Origin: Nitrospira japonica | Lineage (GTDB): Bacteria > Nitrospirota > Thermodesulfovibrionia > Thermodesulfovibrionales > SM23-35 | DNA: 43,806 bases | NCBI GenBank assembly: GCA_020725385.1 | Contig: DYFC01000055.1 | Location: 1-43,806 of the forward strand | Direction: 5' to 3' | Shown: one piece after another, positions 35,401-43,806 of the stretch | Layout of the letters: each line of letters opens with the position of its first letter | Position numbering within the stretch: the first letter of the stretch is position 1 | The notes under the pieces: generated by a model | Told to the model about the DNA's origin: nothing | Databases searched by the model: none | What the model saw: only the letters and a program-made list of their open reading frames with translations | Translations under genes and position numbers: made by a program

Positions 35401-36221
35401 GGATAAAGTCTTCTGATTAAATCAATATTATTTTCAATTTTTTCGATAAAATTATTATTTGTTGAAAGACATAAATGAACGGAGCCCATATATTTAAATC
35501 TTTGTTTCACAACATTATCATAGAAAAAAGGAGTGTTTTTTATAAGTTCTTCCGCTGTTTTAAATATAACAACCCCGGCTTTTTTAAGTTTATCTTTTCC
35601 TTCAAAATTATATGCTTCATTGAACTCGTCAAAAAGCTGATGAAGCTTATTAATATAATCAGAAGCAGACATTTGTCCGAGAAGATCAGCGGTGCCAAGC
35701 ATATATCCTGTTATTCTCTCTTCTTCAGAATTGAATGAAATCTTATCAATATCTAATTTTACGCCTGTACACATAATAATATTATTAACGGAGTTAATGT
35801 ATTTTTCGTCAAAGCCTTTTTCAGGAAGATATATTTTTGCAAAATCAGCGCTTCTTTGGATATGTACAAATGTATATTTAGCGCCGGTTCCTTCCCTGTC
35901 ATTATCTGTCTTAATATAACCGGTGTCATGCAATAAAACAGCTATAATACCTTTTTGAAAATATTCAAATGTTATTTTCGGGGATCTTCCGAGATTATTC
36001 CAACCATCAATTATTGAAAGAAACGGAGGTATAACCTGAAAGGTGTGCGAGAGATCATGATATTTTGTGTCACACTTTTGAAAACCTTTTTTTTTGCCGG
36101 CAAAAAGGTCTATTACATCATTAAAAATATATTCTATTAAATTAATATCTTTTGCATCGTAATTTTTTTTACAAAAATTCCTGATTTCATTAAGCAAATT
36201 TTTTCCGTTATTATAATTCAT
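35391..36221 (-). CDS. HD-domain phosphohydrolase
   Basis: YHDLSHT, LLHDTGY, TADLLGQM. Confidence 0.85.
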   Translation of the reverse strand: MNYNNGKNLLNEIRNFCKKNYDAKDINLIEYIFNDVIDLFAGKKKGFQKCDTKYHDLSHTFQVIPPFLSIIDGWNNLGRSPKITFEYFQKGIIAVLLHDTGYIKTDNDREGTGAKYTFVHIQRSADFAKIYLPEKGFDEKYINSVNNIIMCTGVKLDIDKISFNSEEERITGYMLGTADLLGQMSASDYINKLHQLFDEFNEAYNFEGKDKLKKAGVVIFKTAEELIKNTPFFYDNVVKQRFKYMGSVHLCLSTNNNFIEKIENNIDLIRRLYPQG

Positions 36222-36233
36222 CGTTGATTAAAA

Positions 36234-37319
36234 TTATAAAATAATTCCTCCTCCTATTACTATATCTTTATCATAAAAAACCGCGCTCTGTCCCGGAGCA
36301 GGAGCCCATTGAGGCTCATCAAAAACAATGCGGAATATTTGATTTCCATCATCATTTTCATTATACAAATAAATTTTTGCTGGCCTTTCTTTCATTGTTG
36401 ATCTTATTTTTACAAAAGCTTTTATAAATGTTTCCGATGTCTGAAACCTCTCCTGAATCCAATTAATTTCAGTAACAAAAAATTCTTTTTTTTCTGCATA
36501 TTCACGTTGTCCAACAAAAATAGTGTTTGTAGTTGGATCAATTTTTATAATATATAATGGCTCATGAAAAGCCATACCCAACCCCTTTCTTTGTCCTACT
36601 GTATAATTATAAATCCCTTTATGTTCACCAAGCTTTTCTCCATTAATATGAACAATGGGTCCTGGTTTTGAAATATAAGATTGATGAGCTTTAACAAATT
36701 CTTTGTAATTGCTACCCTGTATAAAACAAATTTCCTGACTCTCCTGCCTCTTTGCTAATGGCAAACCTATCTTAAGCGCAATTTCTTTAATCTGTTCTTT
36801 CGTCATTGTACCAAGAGGTAGGATTAAATTTTTAAGAATATCCTGATTTAAAGCATATAAAAAGTACGATTGATCCTTTTTCGGATCAATACCTTTTCTA
36901 AGACTTACCCTGCTTTTGTTCGAGCCCATGTCAACAATTGCATAATGTCCTGTTGAAATATATGACGCATCTCTTTGTTTTGCTTTTTTAAGAAGCATTG
37001 GGAATTTTACAAAACGATTGCAGATAATACATGGATTAGGAGTTTCACCTTTCTGATACGCATTGACAAATGGTTCGATAACCATTTTAGAAAATTCTTT
37101 TCTTATATCTATAATTTCATGTTTGATGCCAAGATAATCCGCCACGTTAGCAACTTCTTTAACAGACTTTAATGATGTGCAGGTTGTTTGACCATTGCTG
37201 GATTCTTGTTCATACATATAATAAGTAACACCTTCTACTTCATACCCCTGTTCTTTTAGAAGATATGCTGCAACAGAAGAATCCACTCCTCCACTCATTG
37301 CAACTATTACTTTTTTCAT
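36234..37319 (-). CDS. mnmA: tRNA 2-thiouridylase
   Basis: AMSGGVDS, PNPCIICN, TGHYA, KDQSYF, ESQEICF, PGQSAVFY. Confidence 0.97.
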   Translation of the reverse strand: MKKVIVAMSGGVDSSVAAYLLKEQGYEVEGVTYYMYEQESSNGQTTCTSLKSVKEVANVADYLGIKHEIIDIRKEFSKMVIEPFVNAYQKGETPNPCIICNRFVKFPMLLKKAKQRDASYISTGHYAIVDMGSNKSRVSLRKGIDPKKDQSYFLYALNQDILKNLILPLGTMTKEQIKEIALKIGLPLAKRQESQEICFIQGSNYKEFVKAHQSYISKPGPIVHINGEKLGEHKGIYNYTVGQRKGLGMAFHEPLYIIKIDPTTNTIFVGQREYAEKKEFFVTEINWIQERFQTSETFIKAFVKIRSTMKERPAKIYLYNENDDGNQIFRIVFDEPQWAPAPGQSAVFYDKDIVIGGGIIL

Positions 37320-37373
37320 ATTTTAAATATAACAGATTGACCTTAAATATTATAATTACTAAAATAAAAGCCT

Positions 37374-37883
37374 ATGAAAAATATTGTTCTGACAGGTTTT
37401 ATGGGTACAGGCAAAACAGAAGTTGGTAAGGAACTCTCACGTTTATTGGGTTTAAAAATGATAGATATTGACAATGAGATAGAAAAATCAAAAGGTATTA
37501 CTATAAATGATATATTTGAACGGTATGGCGAATCAAAATTTAGAGATATAGAGACAGAAATGATAAAAAAGATTTCAACCGAAAAAAATCTTATCATATC
37601 AACTGGTGGTGGAGCAGTTTTAAGAGAAGAAAACTTCAGAATGCTTAAAGAAAACGGAATTATTGTCTGTCTTTTTGCAACTCCTGAAACAATATTTGAA
37701 AGGACGAAAAATAACTCGGATAGGCCTTTACTTAAAGTCGATGATCCTTTGAAGAAAATAAAGGAACTCCTTGAATACAGACTGCCTTTTTATAAAAAAG
37801 CAGATATAATCATAGATACAGAAGGTAAAACTCCTTTGCAAATAGCCGAGGAAATAATGAAAAAAATAAATAAGATGACATAG
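37374..37883 (+). CDS. aroK: Shikimate kinase
   Basis: GFMGTGKT, GESKFRDIE, STGGG, RPLL. Confidence 0.95.
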   Translation: MKNIVLTGFMGTGKTEVGKELSRLLGLKMIDIDNEIEKSKGITINDIFERYGESKFRDIETEMIKKISTEKNLIISTGGGAVLREENFRMLKENGIIVCLFATPETIFERTKNNSDRPLLKVDDPLKKIKELLEYRLPFYKKADIIIDTEGKTPLQIAEEIMKKINKMT

Positions 37884-37910
37884 TGATTTTTAAATGAAGA
37901 AAGGATATTG

Positions 37911-38990
37911 ATGGAAAATATTCGGGTAGAGCTTGGAGATAGAAGTTATGATATATTAATCGGGAATTCAATACTCGAGAATACCGGCACAAAATTAAAA
38001 ACATTCAATTTCAGTCCTAAAATTGCATTAGTAAGTAATGAACTTGTCTTCTCATTGTATGGAGAAATTGTTTCAGAATCTATCAGGAAAGCAGGATTTG
38101 ATCTTTTAACCGTAATTATTCCAGATGGGGAGCAATATAAAAATATAGAAACTCTCCAGTACATATACAACGAACTTCTAAAATATAAGCTTGACAGAAA
38201 ATCTGCTCTTATAGCTCTTGGTGGAGGTGTTGTAGGCGATATTACAGGGTTTGCTGCTTCAACCTATATGAGAGGTATTTCTTATATACAGATCCCCACA
38301 ACTCTTCTTGCACAGGTTGACAGTTCTGTTGGTGGAAAAACAGGTATAGATCACAAACTTGGTAAAAATATGATTGGAACATTCTGGCAGCCAAAACTTG
38401 TTTTAATAGATACAAATACACTTAGCACTCTTGAAAAAAGACAATTTCTTGCAGGTCTTGCTGAAGTAATAAAATATGGGATAATATGGGATCCGGAATT
38501 ATTTCAATTTATTGAAGAGAATAAAGAAAAAATCATCGGACTTGATTCTAACTCGCTGAATTATATTATCAAACGTTCATGTGAGATTAAAGCAGAAATA
38601 GTATCACAGGATGAAAGAGAATCAGGGGTAAGAGCAATCCTTAACTACGGACATACAATTGGGCACGCTATTGAAACTGTAACAAAATACACCCGTTATC
38701 TACATGGTGAGGCTATCTCAATAGGAATGTGTCTTGAAGCAGAACTCGCTCAATTATTGAATATAATTGAGCCATCTGAAGTCATAAAAATAAAAGATCT
38801 TATTAATCATTGCGGACTACCCTGCTATCTACCCGGAGATATAGATAAAATAGAAATTATTTCATCTATGTACTTTGATAAAAAAGCAGTTGCGGGTAAA
38901 CTTAAATTTATTTTGCCTGAAAGAATCGGCAAAGTGAGAATAGAAAAAAACATCCCTGAAGAAATCCTAAAAAAAACTTTAAAATTATAA
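37911..38990 (+). CDS. aroB: 3-dehydroquinate synthase
   Basis: LGGGVVGD, PTTLLAQVDSSVGGKT, LNYGHTIGHA, HGEA. Confidence 0.97.
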   Translation: MENIRVELGDRSYDILIGNSILENTGTKLKTFNFSPKIALVSNELVFSLYGEIVSESIRKAGFDLLTVIIPDGEQYKNIETLQYIYNELLKYKLDRKSALIALGGGVVGDITGFAASTYMRGISYIQIPTTLLAQVDSSVGGKTGIDHKLGKNMIGTFWQPKLVLIDTNTLSTLEKRQFLAGLAEVIKYGIIWDPELFQFIEENKEKIIGLDSNSLNYIIKRSCEIKAEIVSQDERESGVRAILNYGHTIGHAIETVTKYTRYLHGEAISIGMCLEAELAQLLNIIEPSEVIKIKDLINHCGLPCYLPGDIDKIEIISSMYFDKKAVAGKLKFILPERIGKVRIEKNIPEEILKKTLKL

Positions 38991-39015
38991 ATCATTTTAA
39001 TTAAACCAAATATTT

Positions 39016-40008
39016 TTAAAAAAACAGGTGAAGAATTTTACATATTATCCATGAAATAATCAGACACGCAGGAAGTGTAAGAACCCAAGCAAGCACTATA
39101 TTTTTACCAATACCCCATCTAACTGCTGAAAATCTTTTAGAAGCTCCGACTCCCATAATAGTTGAAGAAATTACATGTGTTGTTGATAGAGGCAAGCCAA
39201 TTCTGGATGCGACTTCTATTACTGTTGCTGCTGCGGTTTCTGCGGCAAAACCATGAATAGGTCTTAATTGTACAAGTTTTACCCCGAGTGTTTTAATAAT
39301 TCTCCAGCCGCCTGCTGCTGTACCTAATGCCATTGCAGTGGCACAAATAATTATTACCCAGAGTGGCACGTGAAAATCTTTGAGCTGATAATAACTCACC
39401 AAAGCCATTGTTATTATCCCCATTGTTTTTTGTGCATCATTGCTTCCGTGGCTGAAAGCCATATAGGCTGCAGACAAAACTTGCAGTCTACCAAATAAAT
39501 TACTTACAAGCATTGGAGTAGATTTACTGAAGATCCGCATAAGAAATGACATTAACAAAATACTTAAAACAAATCCTATCAATGGTGAAAGAACCAATCC
39601 GATGAGTATCTTGTAAACACCTTTCATTATTACTACTTTAAATCCAGATGTGGCTATAGCTGCTCCAACTACTCCCGATAGAATCGCATGGCTTGATGAT
39701 GTAGGAAGGCCAAAATACCAGGTTAATAAATCCCATATAATTGCAGCGCTTAGAGCAGAAATTATGGTTATTTGTGTGATGCTTATAGCTTCAACCAATC
39801 CTGCACCAACAGTTTTTGCAACTGCAGTTCCTGAAAGAGCGCCAATCATATTGAGAAAAGCAGCCATGAGTACAGCTACTTTAGGCGAGAGAACCCTGGT
39901 AGATACAGAGGTTGCTATTGCATTTGCTGTATCATGAAAACCATTAATAAAATCAAAGACAAGCGCAAGTATTATAACTATTAAAAGAAGAATAAAAGAC
40001 TCAGGCAT
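39016..40008 (-). CDS. pit: Inorganic phosphate transporter (PiT family)
   Basis: NGFHDTAN, GLPTSSSHA, HGSNDAQK, GLPLSTTH. Confidence 0.95.
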   Translation of the reverse strand: MPESFILLLIVIILALVFDFINGFHDTANAIATSVSTRVLSPKVAVLMAAFLNMIGALSGTAVAKTVGAGLVEAISITQITIISALSAAIIWDLLTWYFGLPTSSSHAILSGVVGAAIATSGFKVVIMKGVYKILIGLVLSPLIGFVLSILLMSFLMRIFSKSTPMLVSNLFGRLQVLSAAYMAFSHGSNDAQKTMGIITMALVSYYQLKDFHVPLWVIIICATAMALGTAAGGWRIIKTLGVKLVQLRPIHGFAAETAAATVIEVASRIGLPLSTTHVISSTIMGVGASKRFSAVRWGIGKNIVLAWVLTLPACLIISWIICKILHLFF

Positions 40009-40618
40009 TTTTAAGGACTATTGACTCAAGAATATTTGCGACATCCTCACATTTATCGGAAGCATCTTCAAGGTGTTCATAAATTTCTTTCCATTTTATA
40101 ACAAGAATGGGATCCTTGATTTCTTCAAAGAGATGTCCGAGTGCATCTCTAAATCCTCTGTCAATTCTGTTTTCAAGCCTATTTATTTCTATACAATATT
40201 CCTGAATATGATTATAATTTTTATCCTTTAGTTTTTTTATAGCTTTCTCTACAAGCTCAACGGTTGTCAATAAATCCTTTGCCATCGTAATAGCCCATTT
40301 TGTTGACTCTTTTAGTTTGAATACTGTCAGCCTGTCAGCCGCACCCCAGATTAGGTCTACTATATCATCAAGTGTTGATGCAAGCGCATGAATGTCTTCT
40401 CTATCAATTGGTGTTACAAAAGTTTTATTCAATTTTCTAATAATATCATGGGTCATTACATCGCCTTCCTGTTCAAGTTCATGTACTTCGCGAGCCCATG
40501 CCTCAAGATTGGTAAAATGTTCCATGATCCCAACAATTAATGTGGCTGCATGAGTTGCATTTGCAGCAGCCTTTTCAAAAATACTAAAGAAATCTGTTTC
40601 TTTCGGAAAAATTTTCAT
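40001..40618 (-). CDS. DUF47/PhoU-like Pit accessory protein
   Basis: LEQEGD, TFVTPIDREDI, WKEIYEHLEDASDKCEDVAN. Confidence 0.92.
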   Translation of the reverse strand: MKIFPKETDFFSIFEKAAANATHAATLIVGIMEHFTNLEAWAREVHELEQEGDVMTHDIIRKLNKTFVTPIDREDIHALASTLDDIVDLIWGAADRLTVFKLKESTKWAITMAKDLLTTVELVEKAIKKLKDKNYNHIQEYCIEINRLENRIDRGFRDALGHLFEEIKDPILVIKWKEIYEHLEDASDKCEDVANILESIVLKNA

Positions 40619-40802
40619 ATCTTTTACCTATCGAGTGTTAGAATATACAAAAATGATGACAAAGTCAATGAATGATTTGCAATTTTATAATAAAGATTAT
40701 AAAATTATTAATAATAAAATTTAATAATCTCGAAGCTTAATAATTAGATTAAAAAAAACGATAAATAATTTATAAAAAACACGGGTAAATACATCTAAAA
40801 TT

Positions 40803-43232
40803 ATGACAAGAGCAATAAAAATATTTCATGAATCATTACTGGATCATTTAGTTTATACCTTTGCCAAAGATAAATTCTCTGCAACACCAAGAGATAAATT
40901 TAATGCTGCTGTTTTGTCAGTTCGAGAGAATCTTATCGAGGCATGGATGAATACCCAGCAGCAATATTACTATAAAGATTTAAAGAGAGTTTATTATCTT
41001 TCGCTCGAATTTCTTCTTGGAAGACTTCTAAGAAATTATGTTCTAAACCTAAACTTACCGGACGACTATAGTAAAGCTGTAGATGTTCTTGGTTTGACTT
41101 ATGAAGAAATTATTGAACATGAATGGGATGCAGGGCTTGGCAACGGAGGACTCGGCAGGCTCGCAGCATGCTTTCTTGATTCCCTCGCAACGCTTGGTTA
41201 TCCTGCGTACGGGTACGGGATAAGATATGAATATGGTATATTCAACCAGAAAATCATCAACGGCTATCAAGTTGAATCTCCTGATAACTGGCTGAGATAT
41301 GGCAACCAATGGGAATTTCCAAGACCCGAAGTAATCTATCCCGTTCACTTTTACGGTAGAGTTAATACAATAACAGGTGGAAGTGGAAGATTTAGAATGG
41401 AATGGGTTGATACCGATGAAGTCATGGCAATGGCCTATGATTATCCTGTCCCCGGTTTTCACAATGATATTGTTAATACTCTAAGACTATGGTCGGCAAA
41501 ATCATCAAGGGAATTCAATTTTGAATATTTCAATAGCGGTGATTATATAAAAGCAGTGGAAGATAAAAGCAATAGTGAAACCATATCAAAAGTATTATAT
41601 CCTGATGACCAGACTCTCGCAGGAAAGGAATTGCGTCTAAAACAACAATATTTTTGTGTAAGCGCTACAATCAGGGATATATTAAGAAGGTTCAAGAAAG
41701 ATCATGAAAACTTCGAGGAATTTCCTGATAAGGTAGCCATACAATTAAATGATACCCATCCTGCCATAGGAATAGCAGAACTTATGAGAATACTTGTTGA
41801 CGAAGAGATGATAGGATGGGCTGAAGCATGGGAAATAACCCGAAAAACCTTTGCATATACAAATCATACTGTTTTACCCGAAGCTCTTGAGACATGGTCA
41901 GAAGGACTTATGAATTATTTACTTCCAAGACATCTTCAGATAATTAAGGAAATAGACAGAAGATTTATGATACAGGTTGAAAATACCTTTCCTGACGAAC
42001 CGGAAATGAAATGGCAAACAGCAATCATAACAGGCGATGGTGATAGAAGAGTTCATATGGCAAGACTGGCAATTGTTGGTAGTCATACTGTTAACGGTGT
42101 TTCACAATTGCATTCTAACATCTTAAAAAATTATGTTTTTAATAATTTCCATAGGTTGTACCCAGAGAAATTTTGCAATGTCACAAATGGAATTACACCG
42201 AGACGCTGGCTTCTTGAAGCAAACCCTGAACTTTCAACACTCATAACAGAAGCTATTGGTGATAAATGGATTAGAAATTTTGAATTATTAAGAGAACTTG
42301 AAAAATTCGTGGATGATTCTGAATTCTGTAATAGATTCAATCAAATTAAAGAACATAATAAAAATGCGTTATCTGAATATCTTGAAAAGACCTGCAAATT
42401 GTCTTTCCCTGTTTCTTTTATGCTTGATTGTCAGGTTAAAAGAATGCATGAATATAAAAGGCAATTATTAAACATACTCCATGTTTTAACTTTGTATAAT
42501 AGAATTCTTGATCAAAGGATTGATAATTCCTTCGTGCCAAGAACAGTACTTTTCAGTGGAAAAGCAGCACCGGGATATTACATTTGTAAACTTTTCATAA
42601 AACTGATCCACAACATTGCGCAAATTATTGATACCAATCCCGACGTTAGAAAGTACCTAAAAGTCATCTTTGTCCCAAATTATAGTGTATCTCTTGCTCA
42701 ACGTATTATTCCTGCCGCTGAACTTTCCGAACAGATATCAACAGCTGGATACGAAGCATCAGGTACAGGTAATATGAAATTTACATTGAACGGCGCATTA
42801 ACTATCGGTACACTTGATGGTGCAAATGTTGAAATCATGCAAGAAGTTGGAAAAGAAAATTTCTTTCTTTTTGGAATGAATGCCCGGGAAATCATGGAAA
42901 TCCAGAAGAACTATAACCCGCATAAATATTATGAGAATAATAAAGAACTCCGGAGAATTATAAAACAACTTTCTGACGGTTATTTTTCTCCCGGAGAACC
43001 ACATTTATTTCAACCGGTTGTAAGAGCTTTGCTTGAGCACGACAGATTCTTTGTTCTCGCAGATTATGAATCGTATATTCAGTGCCAGGAAAAAGTTTCA
43101 GAAACATTCCGGGACAGAGATAAATGGACAAAAATGGCAATACTTAATGTGGCAAGATCTGGTAATTTCTCAAGTGACAGGGCAATAAAAGAATATGCAG
43201 AAAACATATGGCATATCTCGCCTTTGACTTAA
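40803..43232 (+). CDS. glgP: Glycogen/alpha-glucan phosphorylase
   Basis: LGNGGLGRLAACF, QLNDTHP, YTNHT, KRMHEYKRQ, EASGTGNMKF. Confidence 0.97.
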   Translation: MTRAIKIFHESLLDHLVYTFAKDKFSATPRDKFNAAVLSVRENLIEAWMNTQQQYYYKDLKRVYYLSLEFLLGRLLRNYVLNLNLPDDYSKAVDVLGLTYEEIIEHEWDAGLGNGGLGRLAACFLDSLATLGYPAYGYGIRYEYGIFNQKIINGYQVESPDNWLRYGNQWEFPRPEVIYPVHFYGRVNTITGGSGRFRMEWVDTDEVMAMAYDYPVPGFHNDIVNTLRLWSAKSSREFNFEYFNSGDYIKAVEDKSNSETISKVLYPDDQTLAGKELRLKQQYFCVSATIRDILRRFKKDHENFEEFPDKVAIQLNDTHPAIGIAELMRILVDEEMIGWAEAWEITRKTFAYTNHTVLPEALETWSEGLMNYLLPRHLQIIKEIDRRFMIQVENTFPDEPEMKWQTAIITGDGDRRVHMARLAIVGSHTVNGVSQLHSNILKNYVFNNFHRLYPEKFCNVTNGITPRRWLLEANPELSTLITEAIGDKWIRNFELLRELEKFVDDSEFCNRFNQIKEHNKNALSEYLEKTCKLSFPVSFMLDCQVKRMHEYKRQLLNILHVLTLYNRILDQRIDNSFVPRTVLFSGKAAPGYYICKLFIKLIHNIAQIIDTNPDVRKYLKVIFVPNYSVSLAQRIIPAAELSEQISTAGYEASGTGNMKFTLNGALTIGTLDGANVEIMQEVGKENFFLFGMNAREIMEIQKNYNPHKYYENNKELRRIIKQLSDGYFSPGEPHLFQPVVRALLEHDRFFVLADYESYIQCQEKVSETFRDRDKWTKMAILNVARSGNFSSDRAIKEYAENIWHISPLT

Positions 43233-43273
43233 GCAAAAGCAATTTTGAGAAATGTCTGAATTATACGGGGTGA

Positions 43274-43711
43274 TCAATATTTCAATCTATAAGCAGGAGA
43301 CCAGATTTTATCCTTGTCTATTATATGTAAAACTTCCCAGCCTATCCTCTGTAATTCCAATGCAATCCATTTTCTGTGACATTTCCACGGAAATTTCTCT
43401 GCACATACAATAACAGAAATTTTACTAATAGCTATGGACTCAAGAATTTCTACACCTTCTTTGAATTTCTCAGTCAGGGTATAAGCTTTATAACCGCCTT
43501 TTCTAAATCCACCGAGTTCCTTGCCGAGAAAATAATAGTCAATATTTTGTTTCTTCAGAAGTTCTTCAAGTTCTTTTTTACAATAAATATTTATTTTACT
43601 TCTCGGATAACTCCTTACATCAATTAGCGCCTGAATATTGTATGACGCAAGAATCTCAATAAAATCTTCTTCACTCCTTAAATCAGTTCCAAGTGTAAAA
43701 ATTTTTTTCAT
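43274..43711 (-). CDS. DUF488-family protein
   Basis: IFTLG, LIDVRSYP, ELGGFR, CAEKFPWKCHR. Confidence 0.88.
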   Translation of the reverse strand: MKKIFTLGTDLRSEEDFIEILASYNIQALIDVRSYPRSKINIYCKKELEELLKKQNIDYYFLGKELGGFRKGGYKAYTLTEKFKEGVEILESIAISKISVIVCAEKFPWKCHRKWIALELQRIGWEVLHIIDKDKIWSPAYRLKY

Positions 43712-43741
43712 CTTAATCTATGGTAACTATAATTTATCAGG

Positions 43742-43806
43742 TACCTGTTGCCTCACATAAAAATCTAAACAAAAAGTTTCTCTGTTGCCTCATTAAAATT
43801 ATAAAA
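43742..43806 (-). mobile_element. Right end of the same IS-like element as at the window start, inverted
   Basis: Reverse complement of 43742-43805 matches 77-140 at 63/64 positions. Confidence 0.92.

Noticed and set aside
39016-40668. pit/DUF47 as part of the Pho regulon
   Set aside because: Ordinary TTGACT-17-TATTCT promoter and no 11-bp array; a common gene pair.

Overview
AT-rich bacterial chromosomal segment; gene style suggests an anaerobic Gram-negative such as a Nitrospirota/Thermodesulfovibrionia relative (inference only). Both window ends lie in the right end of the same DDE-integrase IS-like element, in inverted orientation, and a complete diverged relative sits at about 16.8-18.3 kb. 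1-16 kb is a phosphate-starvation locus: phoU-pstBACS, phoB/phoR, a porin, galE and arsC, plus uncharacterised genes. Seven 11-bp-period Pho-box-like arrays are visible; six have a TANNNT -10 exactly 9 nt downstream. They place a PHP phosphoesterase plus GT21-type glycosyltransferase (next to a GH1 beta-glycosidase), two paralogous Cys4 micro-proteins, an HMA2-like protein, arsC and a possible 34-aa membrane peptide in the Pho regulon. This putative PlcP-independent lipid-remodelling module is the best candidate for an undescribed system. 16.0-30.3 kb is a decayed, integrase-less island at tRNA-Thr(CGT). It carries a HigBA-like TA pair, pseudogenes, a GC-rich four-way-junction element and an intact DNA phosphorothioation system: dndBCDE divergent from a Pbe-like effector operon with an unannotated 56-aa gene. 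30.5-43.7 kb holds a sigma54-promoter porin, a Lys-rich DUF4912 protein, bioW, a lipid kinase, an HD protein, mnmA, aroK, aroB, pit/DUF47, glgP and DUF488. All family calls come from motif recognition by eye; no searches were run.
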